A stretch of DNA of 64,000 nucleotides from positions 16,494-80,493 of the forward strand of contig JBDXAK010000002.1 of the NCBI GenBank assembly GCA_039981375.1, in the 5' to 3' direction. Within the stretch, counting starts at the first letter, position 1; each line of letters begins with the position of its first letter. The stretch comes from Gilvibacter sp. Its GTDB lineage: Bacteria; Bacteroidota; Bacteroidia; Flavobacteriales; Flavobacteriaceae. The position numbers and the translations under genes are program-made. Below the pieces are notes generated by a model. That model had not been told where the DNA came from. It saw only the letters and a program-made list of their open reading frames with translations, and made no database searches. Shown one piece after another: positions 1 to 9,059 of this stretch.

Positions 1-100
1 CTTGCATGGTGACTTTGTTTTTGTCTACATCGCCCCAGGTTTCTTGGGCAACTGCAGAAGAACATATCGAAACAAATAATAGGGCAAATAAAATTCTCAT
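1..100 (-). CDS. 5' part of a secreted hypothetical protein, truncated by the window edge
   Basis: Manual translation from the ATG at 100 gives MRILFALLFVSICSSAVAQETWGDVDKNKVTMQ..., open to the window edge. It looks like a Sec signal peptide and starts 14 nt after the thyA stop. Confidence 0.7.
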   Translation of the reverse strand, partial: MRILFALLFVSICSSAVAQETWGDVDKNKVTMQ

Positions 101-114
101 AGCAAATTTGAATG

Positions 115-939
115 TTAAATAGCAACCACCCCTTTAATGTGTGGATGCGGGTCATAATTTAAGAGGGTAAAATCTTCGAACTCAAAATCGAAGATATCTT
201 TCACCTCTGGGTTAATCTTCATAGTTGGCAATGGTCTTGGAGTTCTAGAAAGCTGAAGCTCCAATTGTTCCATATGATTGTCGTAAATATGAGCATCGCC
301 AAAAGTATGTATAAACTCTCCTGGTGCATAGCCACAGACTTGTGCGATCATCATGGTAAATAGGGCATAGGAGGCAATGTTAAAAGGGACTCCTAAAAAT
401 ATGTCTGCGCTGCGCTGATACAATTGACACGATAATTTGCCGTCGGCTACATAAAACTGAAAAAAAGCATGGCAGGGTGGTAAAGCAGCTTTACCGTTGG
501 CAACATTCTCATCAAAAGATACACCAGTGTCTGGCAATACGCTTGGATTCCAAGCAGAAACCATCATTCTGCGACTGTTTGGATTGGTCTTAAGCATCTT
601 AATCACTTCTTTGATCTGGTCTATTTCGTCACCGTTCCAATTGCGCCATTGATGCCCATAAACAGGGCCTAAATTGCCATTGGCATCTGCCCATTCGTTC
701 CAGATTCTAACGCCGTTCTCTTGTAAATAGGCCACATTCGTATCGCCTTTTAAAAACCATAATAATTCATATATGATAGATTTTAAATGCAGCTTTTTTG
801 TTGTCACCATAGGGAAACCGTCTGCAAGGTCGAATCGCATTTGATACCCAAACACACTTTTTGTGCCGGTTCCTGTGCGATCGCCTTTTTGAGTTCCGCT
901 GGTTAGAACGTGTTTTACTAAGTCGTGATATTGCTTCAT
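115..939 (-). CDS. thyA: thymidylate synthase
   Basis: DRTGTGT, the catalytic [25 protein letters not shown] and HIYDNH motifs are present. Confidence 0.98.
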   Translation of the reverse strand: MKQYHDLVKHVLTSGTQKGDRTGTGTKSVFGYQMRFDLADGFPMVTTKKLHLKSIIYELLWFLKGDTNVAYLQENGVRIWNEWADANGNLGPVYGHQWRNWNGDEIDQIKEVIKMLKTNPNSRRMMVSAWNPSVLPDTGVSFDENVANGKAALPPCHAFFQFYVADGKLSCQLYQRSADIFLGVPFNIASYALFTMMIAQVCGYAPGEFIHTFGDAHIYDNHMEQLELQLSRTPRPLPTMKINPEVKDIFDFEFEDFTLLNYDPHPHIKGVVAI

Positions 940-1021
940 ACTATCGTCTTTTACAACGAGTAAAAATATAAAATATTGGATGCCTTTGTCAAGAGATTTG
1001 CAGCTCTATTTACAATAGTTA

Positions 1022-2755
1022 TTAACCAAGAAGCATGCCAGCAATTGTGGCGGTGAGCAGGGCGGCGACGGTTCCGCCAATAAGAGCCTTTATACCAAAC
1101 CTTGCAAGCGTCTGACGTTGTGAAGGAGCGAGAACTCCAATACCACCAATTTGGATTCCGATAGAAGCAAAATTAGCAAATCCGCATAGGGCATAGGTCG
1201 CGATTACAATAGATCTATAATTGGTAAGCGCTCCACTAGCCTTTAGCTCACTCAAAGAGGCATAGGCATAAAATTCGTTCAAGATGGTTTTTTCGCCTAA
1301 CAGCTGTCCTACCATGACCATATCTTCTGCCGGAACACCAATTACCCAAGCGACTGGAGCAAAAACGTTTCCTAATATATATTGCATAGTGAGCCCATCG
1401 TAGGCACCACCAGTGCTTGCGATAATTTTGTCATTTAATCCAGTAGGTGCTCCAATCCAGTCTACGGTAAACCAATTGAGTACGGCCATAATGGCTGTAA
1501 AAACCAAAAGCATTGCTCCAACGTTTATGGCGAGTTTAAGGCCGTCTGTGGTTCCTCTAGAAATAGCATCTAGCACGTTTGTACCTATCTTATCTTTAGA
1601 TACATCTAAGGCCTTGTTAACGGTCTCGGTCTCTGGATACAACATTTTTGCAATGATGATTGCCGCTGGCGCGGACATGATCGAGGCGGTCAATAAGTGT
1701 TTTGCAAAGATGATTTGGTCTGCTTCGTTCGGGCCGCCTAAAAATTCGATAAAGGCTGCGAGCACACCTCCTGCAATGGTGGCCATTCCCCCTACCATAA
1801 GACAAAGCATTTCTGACTTGGTCATTTTGTCTAAATAGGGCTTGACCACTAGTGGTGCCTCTGTTTGTCCAATAAAAATATTAGCTGCTGCGGCTAGGGA
1901 TTCGGCTCCGGATAATTGCATGGTTTTGCTCATTACCCAAGCAAAGGCTTTTACTATTAACTGCAGAATTCCGAGGTAATATAACAACGACATAAAAGCA
2001 GAAAAGAAAACGATGGTCGGTAACACCTTGAAAGCAAAAATATAGCCAAATGAGTCTAAGTCTGTTACTAGTCCGCCAAAGAGGAATTCGGCACCGGCTT
2101 CACTAAAATTTAAAAATTTGACTATTCGTTCAGAAATCCAATTAAAGATACTCGCCACAAAATCGACCTTAAGAACCAAGATGGCAAAAACCAATTGCAT
2201 GGCCAAGCCACTAAAAACCAATCGCCAGTTAATCCTACGCCGATTACTACTAAGCATATAACACACGGCCAACAAAAAGGTGATCCCTAAAATTCCGCGA
2301 AGCAGGCCATTTAAAGTAAAACCTAAGCCGCTGTCCTTGTCTAGAGCAATGTTTGAGTTGTCTTGTTCTTTTTGTGTATTTGTTATGGCTGCCTCTTGTG
2401 TGATAGCCTGTGAGCTAAAACTGTAATTGACGCCATTCTCCTGAAAGACTAAGGTTGAATCGGTTAAAGTGGTAATGCGATAACGACGAATGGTGTCTGT
2501 AGGTTGCTCATAAAAGAATACGAGTAAATCACCTTGGCGTATATAATCACCTGAGGCTTGCAGGTTGTTTTTTGCTGCAAGGGTATAATCAAATCTATTG
2601 GTGGTAAATGTAAGTTGGTCTGAAGGGTTAACAGTAAACAAAGACTCGCCTTGCACAGAAGAGATGTCGTTAAACTCCCAGGTTTTTTCTATTTCTTGCC
2701 CGAGCGTAGTCGCGCATGTTACTAACAGCAATAGGGTACAAAATAGATGCTTCAT
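1022..2755 (-). CDS. concentrative nucleoside transporter (CNT/NupC family) with an extra N-terminal signal peptide and soluble domain
   Basis: CNT motifs FAFKVLPTIVFFS, ESLAAAANIFIGQTEAPL, GGMATIAGGV and YALCGFANFASIGIQIGG. About 143 residues precede the first CNT helix. Confidence 0.9.
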   Translation of the reverse strand: MKHLFCTLLLLVTCATTLGQEIEKTWEFNDISSVQGESLFTVNPSDQLTFTTNRFDYTLAAKNNLQASGDYIRQGDLLVFFYEQPTDTIRRYRITTLTDSTLVFQENGVNYSFSSQAITQEAAITNTQKEQDNSNIALDKDSGLGFTLNGLLRGILGITFLLAVCYMLSSNRRRINWRLVFSGLAMQLVFAILVLKVDFVASIFNWISERIVKFLNFSEAGAEFLFGGLVTDLDSFGYIFAFKVLPTIVFFSAFMSLLYYLGILQLIVKAFAWVMSKTMQLSGAESLAAAANIFIGQTEAPLVVKPYLDKMTKSEMLCLMVGGMATIAGGVLAAFIEFLGGPNEADQIIFAKHLLTASIMSAPAAIIIAKMLYPETETVNKALDVSKDKIGTNVLDAISRGTTDGLKLAINVGAMLLVFTAIMAVLNWFTVDWIGAPTGLNDKIIASTGGAYDGLTMQYILGNVFAPVAWVIGVPAEDMVMVGQLLGEKTILNEFYAYASLSELKASGALTNYRSIVIATYALCGFANFASIGIQIGGIGVLAPSQRQTLARFGIKALIGGTVAALLTATIAGMLLG

Positions 2756-2763
2756 AAAGTCGT

Positions 2764-3381
2764 TTATGCTCGTTTAGAAATCTCGTCGCGAATTCTGGCG
2801 GCTTTTTCGTAATCTTCGTTGGCCACCGCTTGATCTAACATTTCGTTAAGCTCTTTAAGCGTATAGCCGGAGTAATCAATAGATTGCACAGTGGCGCCAG
2901 AGGTGTCTTCTTGCATTAGTTTTTCTACAAAGGAGTTTTCTACTTCTACTTCGCTTTCTTTGGTGTTGCTTTTTAAGAAGATTCCAGCCTTATCCAGTAT
3001 GTTTTTATAGGTAAATATTGGAGCGCTAAACCGCAAAGCAAGGGCAATAGCGTCGCTAGTACGGGCATCGATTATCTCTTCGATTTTATCGCGTTCACAA
3101 ATAATGCTCGAATAAAAAACACCGTCTACCAACTTATGAATTATGACCTGTTTTACTACCACATCAAAGCGATCGGCAAAATTTTTAAACAAATCGTGGG
3201 TAAGTGGGCGAGGTGGTTTGATTTCCTTTTCTAGGGCAATGGCGATGGATTGAGCTTCGAAAGCTCCAATCACAATTGGGAGTTTGCGTTCGCCATCTAC
3301 TTCGCTCAAAATTAAGGCATAAGCGCCATTTTGAGTTTGGCTATAAGAGATTCCTTTTATGTTTAGTCTTACAAGACTCAT
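2764..3381 (-). CDS. bifunctional nuclease (DUF151) family protein with C-terminal UVR motif
   Basis: LPIVIGAFEAQSIA, RPLTHDL and DARTSDAIALALR motifs, with a UvrB/C-like tail LDQAVANEDYEKAARIRDEI. Confidence 0.88.
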   Translation of the reverse strand: MSLVRLNIKGISYSQTQNGAYALILSEVDGERKLPIVIGAFEAQSIAIALEKEIKPPRPLTHDLFKNFADRFDVVVKQVIIHKLVDGVFYSSIICERDKIEEIIDARTSDAIALALRFSAPIFTYKNILDKAGIFLKSNTKESEVEVENSFVEKLMQEDTSGATVQSIDYSGYTLKELNEMLDQAVANEDYEKAARIRDEISKRA

Positions 3382-3391
3382 GTTTGCATCA

Positions 3392-3441
3392 TAAAAAAAG
3401 GCTGTTAAATTAGGACTAAACCTAGATTTAACAGCCCTTTA
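3392..3441 (-). terminator. intrinsic terminator after etfA
   Basis: Stem GGCTGTTAAAT/ATTTAACAGCC plus TAGG/CCTA, followed by T7 on the minus strand. Confidence 0.75.
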
Positions 3442-3464
3442 TTAGGGTCACAATTTAGCAAAAA

Positions 3465-4424
3465 TTATGCGTTATTGACTTTAAATTCCTTTAATTTTTC
3501 TATCAACTTCGGAACCACATCAAAGGCATCGCCAACGATTCCGTAGTCGGCAGCCTTAAAGAAAGGGGCTTCTGGATCTGTATTGATAACCACCTTTACT
3601 TTAGAAGAGTTGATTCCAGCCAAATGCTGAATAGCTCCAGAAATACCTATCGCGATATATAAAGTCGAAGCCACAGGTTTTCCGGTTTGCCCAACGTGTT
3701 CGCTATGCGGTCTCCAGCCCATGTCGCTAACTGGCTTAGAACAAGCGGTCGCTGCTCCAAGTACTTCTGCAAGTTCTTCTATCATTCCCCAGTTTTCTGG
3801 ACCTTTTAGGCCGCGTCCACCAGATACAACAATCTCTGCGTCTGCGATGGTAACTTTATCGGTAGCCTTGTCTACAGATGCAACAGTGATTCCGTCGCTA
3901 GCCTGAGCTTCTAGAGCTTCTACTTGTGCAGTAGTCGAGCTTTCGTGCAGGCCGTAAGCATTTTTAGACAGTCCTAGAACTTTATTGGCGGTATTGAGTT
4001 GAGTATTGGCAAAGGCTTTATTGGTGTACACTGTAGATTTAACTACAAAAGGCGAAGTGCTTTCTGGCAAGGCAACAACGTTGGCTGCCATCGCTGCTTC
4101 TAATTTTACAGCTACGAGCGGTGCCAGATATTTTCCGTTAGCACTTGAGGGTAAAACAACCACAGATGCACCTTCGTTTTTTGCAGCCGTTGCTATGGCA
4201 TTGGCATATCCATTTGCATTAAAATCGCTCATGGCATCGTTGCTTACTGCTAGTACTTTTGAAGCGCCGTAAGTTCCTAACTCACTTGGGTCATTGGCGT
4301 TAACAGTCACAGCGGTAACAGAGGTTCCCATGGCATCGGCAATACCTTTTGCATAGGAGACAACCTCGAAGGCTATTTTTTTAAAACTTCCTGAATCGGA
4401 TTCTGCGTAAACTAAAACAGACAT
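3465..4424 (-). CDS. etfA: electron transfer flavoprotein alpha subunit
   Basis: IVVSGGRGL, QVGQTG-like HVGQTGK and YIAIGISGAIQHLAG motifs; lies downstream of etfB. Confidence 0.96.
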   Translation of the reverse strand: MSVLVYAESDSGSFKKIAFEVVSYAKGIADAMGTSVTAVTVNANDPSELGTYGASKVLAVSNDAMSDFNANGYANAIATAAKNEGASVVVLPSSANGKYLAPLVAVKLEAAMAANVVALPESTSPFVVKSTVYTNKAFANTQLNTANKVLGLSKNAYGLHESSTTAQVEALEAQASDGITVASVDKATDKVTIADAEIVVSGGRGLKGPENWGMIEELAEVLGAATACSKPVSDMGWRPHSEHVGQTGKPVASTLYIAIGISGAIQHLAGINSSKVKVVINTDPEAPFFKAADYGIVGDAFDVVPKLIEKLKEFKVNNA

Positions 4425-4450
4425 AGTATATTCTTTTAAGCCTAGTAACC

Positions 4451-5197
4451 TTAGATTACTTTGGCTTCGTTATGTAATAAATCGATTAATTGGCCAACGT
4501 TTTCTGGGTCGACCATGGTCACGGCACCTTTGGGCGCAGGCTTTTCAAAACCTACCGTTTGAGCTGCGGCTGCATTCTCGTTAGCAGGTTTAACATGTAA
4601 AGGTTTTTTACGAGCCATCATGATTCCGCGCATATTTGGAATGCGTAGGTCACTTTCTTCTACCAATCCTTTTTGGCCACCAACAATTAAGGGTAGCGAG
4701 GTGGTTAAGGTTTCTTTTCCGCCATCGATCTCACGAATTGCTGTAGCGCTGGTTCCGTCTACTTCTAGACCGATGCAGGTATTCACAAAATTGGCATCTA
4801 ACATTGCGGCCAACATTCCAGGAACCATTCCTCCGTTAAAATCGATAGACTCTCTGCCGGCGATAATCAAATCGTATCCGCCGTCCTTAACTACACTTGC
4901 CAATTGTTGAGCGACAAAATAACCATCTGTAGCCGTAGCGTCTACACGAATAGCTTCGTCTGCACCAATGGCTAAAGCTTTGCGCAGGGTTGGCTCAGAT
5001 GTAGCATCTCCAACATTTACCACATGCACTGTGGCGCCTTGTTTTTCTTTAAACCACATGGCTCTAGTTAGGCCAAACTCGTCGTTAGGATTTATCACAA
5101 ATTGCACTCCGTTGGTGTCAAATTTTGTGTCGTTATCGGTAAAATTAATCTTAGAAGTTGTATCTGGTACGTGGCTGATGCACACTAAAATCTTCAT
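4451..5197 (-). CDS. etfB: electron transfer flavoprotein beta subunit
   Basis: MKILVCISHVPDT, INPNDE, LRKALAIGADEA and LRIPNMRGIM motifs. Confidence 0.96.
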   Translation of the reverse strand: MKILVCISHVPDTTSKINFTDNDTKFDTNGVQFVINPNDEFGLTRAMWFKEKQGATVHVVNVGDATSEPTLRKALAIGADEAIRVDATATDGYFVAQQLASVVKDGGYDLIIAGRESIDFNGGMVPGMLAAMLDANFVNTCIGLEVDGTSATAIREIDGGKETLTTSLPLIVGGQKGLVEESDLRIPNMRGIMMARKKPLHVKPANENAAAAQTVGFEKPAPKGAVTMVDPENVGQLIDLLHNEAKVI

Positions 5198-5403
5198 AGG
5201 TAAATAGATTTAAAATACATTGTTTTTTGCAGGGGCGAAGTTAGGTATATATTTCCAATAATTTACTATGCGTGCATAATAAATTATTGGAATTTCGTAT
5301 TTTTTTTAACCTGCAAGCAGTCAAATAATGTTATTTTTGTCTTCATGTTTTTTTAGAGAGGGTTTTAATCCCTCTTTATTTATTATTTAGAAGGTATTTA
5401 CCT

Positions 5404-6381
5404 ATGAAGACAATTCAATTTAGAGAGGCCATAGCAGAGGCCATGAGTGAAGAAATGCGTCGCGACGAATCCATTTATTTAATGGGCGAAGAAGTGGCAG
5501 AATATAATGGAGCCTATAAAGCTTCTAAAGGAATGTTAGATGAGTTTGGCGCCAAGCGAGTTATCGATACACCAATTTCTGAACTTGGTTTTTCTGGGAT
5601 AGGAGTAGGAAGCGCGATGAACGGCAATAGGCCCATTATCGAGTTTATGACTTTTAACTTTTCTTTGGTTGGAATTGATCAGATTATAAATAATGCAGCT
5701 AAGATGCGTCAGATGAGCGGTGGCCAGTTAAACGTGCCTATCGTATTTAGAGGCCCAACGGCTTCTGCTGGTCAATTAGCGGCAACGCATTCTCAAGCTT
5801 TTGAGAGTTGGTATGCCAATTGCCCTGGTTTAAAGGTAGTGGTGCCTTCTAACCCTAAAGACGCCAAAGGCCTACTTAAAGCAGCTATACGTGATAACGA
5901 TCCCGTAATCTTTATGGAGTCGGAGCAAATGTATGGAGACAAAGGCGAGGTGCCAGAAGGCGAATATTTGATTCCGCTAGGGGTAGCAGAAATCAAAAGA
6001 GAAGGTACAGATGTGACGATAGTATCTTTCGGAAAAATAATTAAGGAGGCTTATAAAGCTGCAGACGAACTTCAAAAAGAAGGCATTTCTTGCGAAGTGA
6101 TAGACCTTAGAACAGTGCGCCCAATGGATCATAAAACCATTATGGACTCGGTTAAAAAGACCAATAGATTGGTTGTTTTAGAAGAAGCTTGGCCCTTTGG
6201 TAACATCGCGACAGAAATCACGTATCAGGTTCAAGAGCAAATTTTTGATTACCTAGATGCCCCAATAATAAAAATCAATACGGCAGACACGCCGGCCCCA
6301 TATTCCCCAGCTTTATTAGCAGAGTGGTTGCCTAATAGCAACGACGTGGTTAAAGCGGTGAAAAAAGTGATGTACAAATAA
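5404..6381 (+). CDS. pdhB: pyruvate dehydrogenase E1 beta subunit
   Basis: GEEVAEYNGAYK, DTPISE, EFMTFNF, QLAATHSQ and IDLRTVRPMD motifs. Confidence 0.95.
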   Translation: MKTIQFREAIAEAMSEEMRRDESIYLMGEEVAEYNGAYKASKGMLDEFGAKRVIDTPISELGFSGIGVGSAMNGNRPIIEFMTFNFSLVGIDQIINNAAKMRQMSGGQLNVPIVFRGPTASAGQLAATHSQAFESWYANCPGLKVVVPSNPKDAKGLLKAAIRDNDPVIFMESEQMYGDKGEVPEGEYLIPLGVAEIKREGTDVTIVSFGKIIKEAYKAADELQKEGISCEVIDLRTVRPMDHKTIMDSVKKTNRLVVLEEAWPFGNIATEITYQVQEQIFDYLDAPIIKINTADTPAPYSPALLAEWLPNSNDVVKAVKKVMYK

Positions 6382-6443
6382 AATCTTGGCTCGATTTTAG
6401 CGTTACATTACCTACAAAGAACAGAGGTTCTTTGCCTTATGCT

Positions 6444-8921
6444 ATGACTAAAAAGCTACTTGTCTTTTTATTGTTTTTATCTTCTATTGCCTTTTCTCAA
6501 ACTAAGGTAAGCGGAACCGTGATTGACGAATTTGGCGAACCCGTTCCTTTTGCAAATGTGATCTTTAAAGATTCGCAAGAGGGGACTATCACAAACGAAA
6601 ACGGGCGGTTTTATATAGAATCAGAAGAGAATTATACTGCAGTGATTGTATCATTTATTGGCTACAGCGATAACGAAGTTGTCTTGCCAACGCGGGCCAA
6701 TTACAATGTAGAAGTCACACTGTTAGAAGAAGCAGACAGTTTAGACGAAGTCGTGATTCTATCAGGAAAACAGTCTAAAAAGAACAACCCAGCGATTGAT
6801 ATACTTCGAAAAGTATGGGAGAATAGACGTGAAAACGGGGTTAAAAAATTTAAGCAATACAATTATAGTAAATACGAAAAGCTAGAGTTTGATTTAAACA
6901 CTATCGATTCCGCTCTAATAAAGAGCAAAGTATTTAAAGGGATGGAGTTTATTTTTGATCAAACCGACACCTCAAAAATCACAGGAAACACCTATCTGCC
7001 TATTTTTATCAACGAGGCCTTTTCTAAAGTGTATGGCGACAATATACTAAAAGAAGAAAAAGAGGTACTTGAGGGTAACAAAAACTCCGGTTTTAGCAAT
7101 AACCAAACCATCATCGAGTTTGTAAAAGATCTTTACTCTGATTACGATGTGTATAACAATTATATCAAGTTTTTTGACAAAGCCTTTACAAGTCCGCTCT
7201 CGCGCACGGGAATAAACGTTTATAATTATGTATTGCTAGACAGTGCTTATGTAGACAACAAATGGTGCTATAACATTGTGTATTACCCAAGACGTAAAAA
7301 CGAACTTACTTTTAAAGGTGATTTTTGGGTGAATGACACTACCTGGGCGATAAAGGAAATCAATATGCAGGCCACCAAAAGTGCCAATTTAAATTGGGTA
7401 CGCGAGGTGTATATCGAACAGGAGTTTGACGTGCTTAACGATTCCATCTTTTTGATTACCAGAGATTACTTTTTAAGTGATTTTGCCTTGCGTAAAAAAG
7501 AAGGGGCACGCGGAATTTACGGCAAGCGAACCACGCTCTACGATAATTACGATTTTGATAAACCCAAAGAAAAAGAATTTTATAAGACCCAAGTAGATCC
7601 TTACGATTATGAGGTCTATAATAGACCCGACGAATTTTGGGACGAGAATCGACTCGAAGAGCTCAACAAAGACGAGGCTCAAATCTATTCTTTATTAGAT
7701 ACTTTAAAAACGGTACCGCGCTTTAAGACGCTTTACAATATTGGAAGCGTGCTGGCCAGTGGTTATTACGAGTTTCCCAACTTCGACTTTGGGCCCGTGT
7801 TTTCGACCTTTGGTTTTAACGAGGCAGAAGGCCTGCGAATACGAGCTGGAGGCCGCACTTACTTTAGCCAAAATGATCAATGGCGTTTAGAAGGCTTTGG
7901 CGCATATGGGTTTAAGGACGAACGCTTTAAATTTGGATTGTCTGGTAAATGGCTTTTAGATAGGCGCTCACGTCTTATAATTTTTGGGGGTCATAGAAAA
8001 GATGTAGAGCAAACGGGTGCGAGTCTAACAAACACCAACGACGTTTTAGGACGAAATTTGGCGTCGTCTTCACTGATTTCTGTTGGAGCCAATGATAGGC
8101 TTACCAGGGTGAATTTGTCTACGGTTGGTTTTGAATTAGAGCCCTATAAGAATTTCGTTTTTAGAGCTACGGGATCTTTTAGGAGTTTGAGTTCGGCCAC
8201 AGATACCTTTAGCATAGATTACTTTGATGAGAATGGTGTAGTGCAGTCAGAAGTAAAACAAGCGCAAGTAGAGGCCGGGTTTTATTATACACCTAAGCGT
8301 AAGACTTCTGGGTATGGTGTAGAGCGAACCATCATTAATGACGGGGCTTATCCGAGTATTTTTGTGGGCGTTTCCCTTGGGTTAAAAGACATTTTAGATA
8401 GCGACTTTGAGTATCAAAAAGTACAGGCCTTGTATACACAGCCCTGGAACGTTGGTGGTTTAGGTCGTGCTTACACTACCTTAGAAGTAGGGAAGACATT
8501 TGGTGAAGTTCCGCTGTCGTTACTCAATCCTATCCCAGGAAACCAAACCTTGTTTAGTATTTATAATGCTTTTACGCAGTTAGATTTTTACGAATTCGTG
8601 AGTGATACCTATGCTTCTTTCCATTTGCAGCATGATTTTGGGGGCCGATTTTTTAGTAGAATTCCATGGCTTAGAAAACTCAACTTAAGAGAAGTAATCG
8701 GGTTTAGAGCGGTATATGGTTCAATTTCTGACAGTAATATCGCGCTTAATGCCTCTAATATTGTATACCAAGCGCCAGAAGATATATATTATGAATACAG
8801 CGTTGGGGTAGGCAATATATTTAAGATTCTTCGTATTGACTTTAACTTTAGAGGAAACTATTTAGACAACCCTGGAGCTCGAAGTTTTGGAGTTACGGGT
8901 ACTTTTGGGTTTAGTTTCTAA
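6444..8921 (+). CDS. outer-membrane protein with carboxypeptidase-regulatory-like N-terminal domain (DUF5686-type barrel)
   Basis: Signal peptide from the ATG at 6444, which I prefer over the TTG at 6432. VSGTVIDEFGEPVPFANV...GTITNENGRF is a CarboxypepD_reg-like domain, and the protein ends in a beta-strand with terminal Phe (GTFGFSF). Confidence 0.8.
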   Translation: MTKKLLVFLLFLSSIAFSQTKVSGTVIDEFGEPVPFANVIFKDSQEGTITNENGRFYIESEENYTAVIVSFIGYSDNEVVLPTRANYNVEVTLLEEADSLDEVVILSGKQSKKNNPAIDILRKVWENRRENGVKKFKQYNYSKYEKLEFDLNTIDSALIKSKVFKGMEFIFDQTDTSKITGNTYLPIFINEAFSKVYGDNILKEEKEVLEGNKNSGFSNNQTIIEFVKDLYSDYDVYNNYIKFFDKAFTSPLSRTGINVYNYVLLDSAYVDNKWCYNIVYYPRRKNELTFKGDFWVNDTTWAIKEINMQATKSANLNWVREVYIEQEFDVLNDSIFLITRDYFLSDFALRKKEGARGIYGKRTTLYDNYDFDKPKEKEFYKTQVDPYDYEVYNRPDEFWDENRLEELNKDEAQIYSLLDTLKTVPRFKTLYNIGSVLASGYYEFPNFDFGPVFSTFGFNEAEGLRIRAGGRTYFSQNDQWRLEGFGAYGFKDERFKFGLSGKWLLDRRSRLIIFGGHRKDVEQTGASLTNTNDVLGRNLASSSLISVGANDRLTRVNLSTVGFELEPYKNFVFRATGSFRSLSSATDTFSIDYFDENGVVQSEVKQAQVEAGFYYTPKRKTSGYGVERTIINDGAYPSIFVGVSLGLKDILDSDFEYQKVQALYTQPWNVGGLGRAYTTLEVGKTFGEVPLSLLNPIPGNQTLFSIYNAFTQLDFYEFVSDTYASFHLQHDFGGRFFSRIPWLRKLNLREVIGFRAVYGSISDSNIALNASNIVYQAPEDIYYEYSVGVGNIFKILRIDFNFRGNYLDNPGARSFGVTGTFGFSF

Positions 8922-9059
8922 GCGCTTTTCTGCTTGCGATAGGATTGCAGGGTCAATCTGTTTTTCTGCCTTTTTTTATTTGAATTCATTTGTTTTATAT
9001 CCCAACCTATTTTACTACTTTTGCACCGCAAATTAAAAGATATAATTAAATAACTTATA

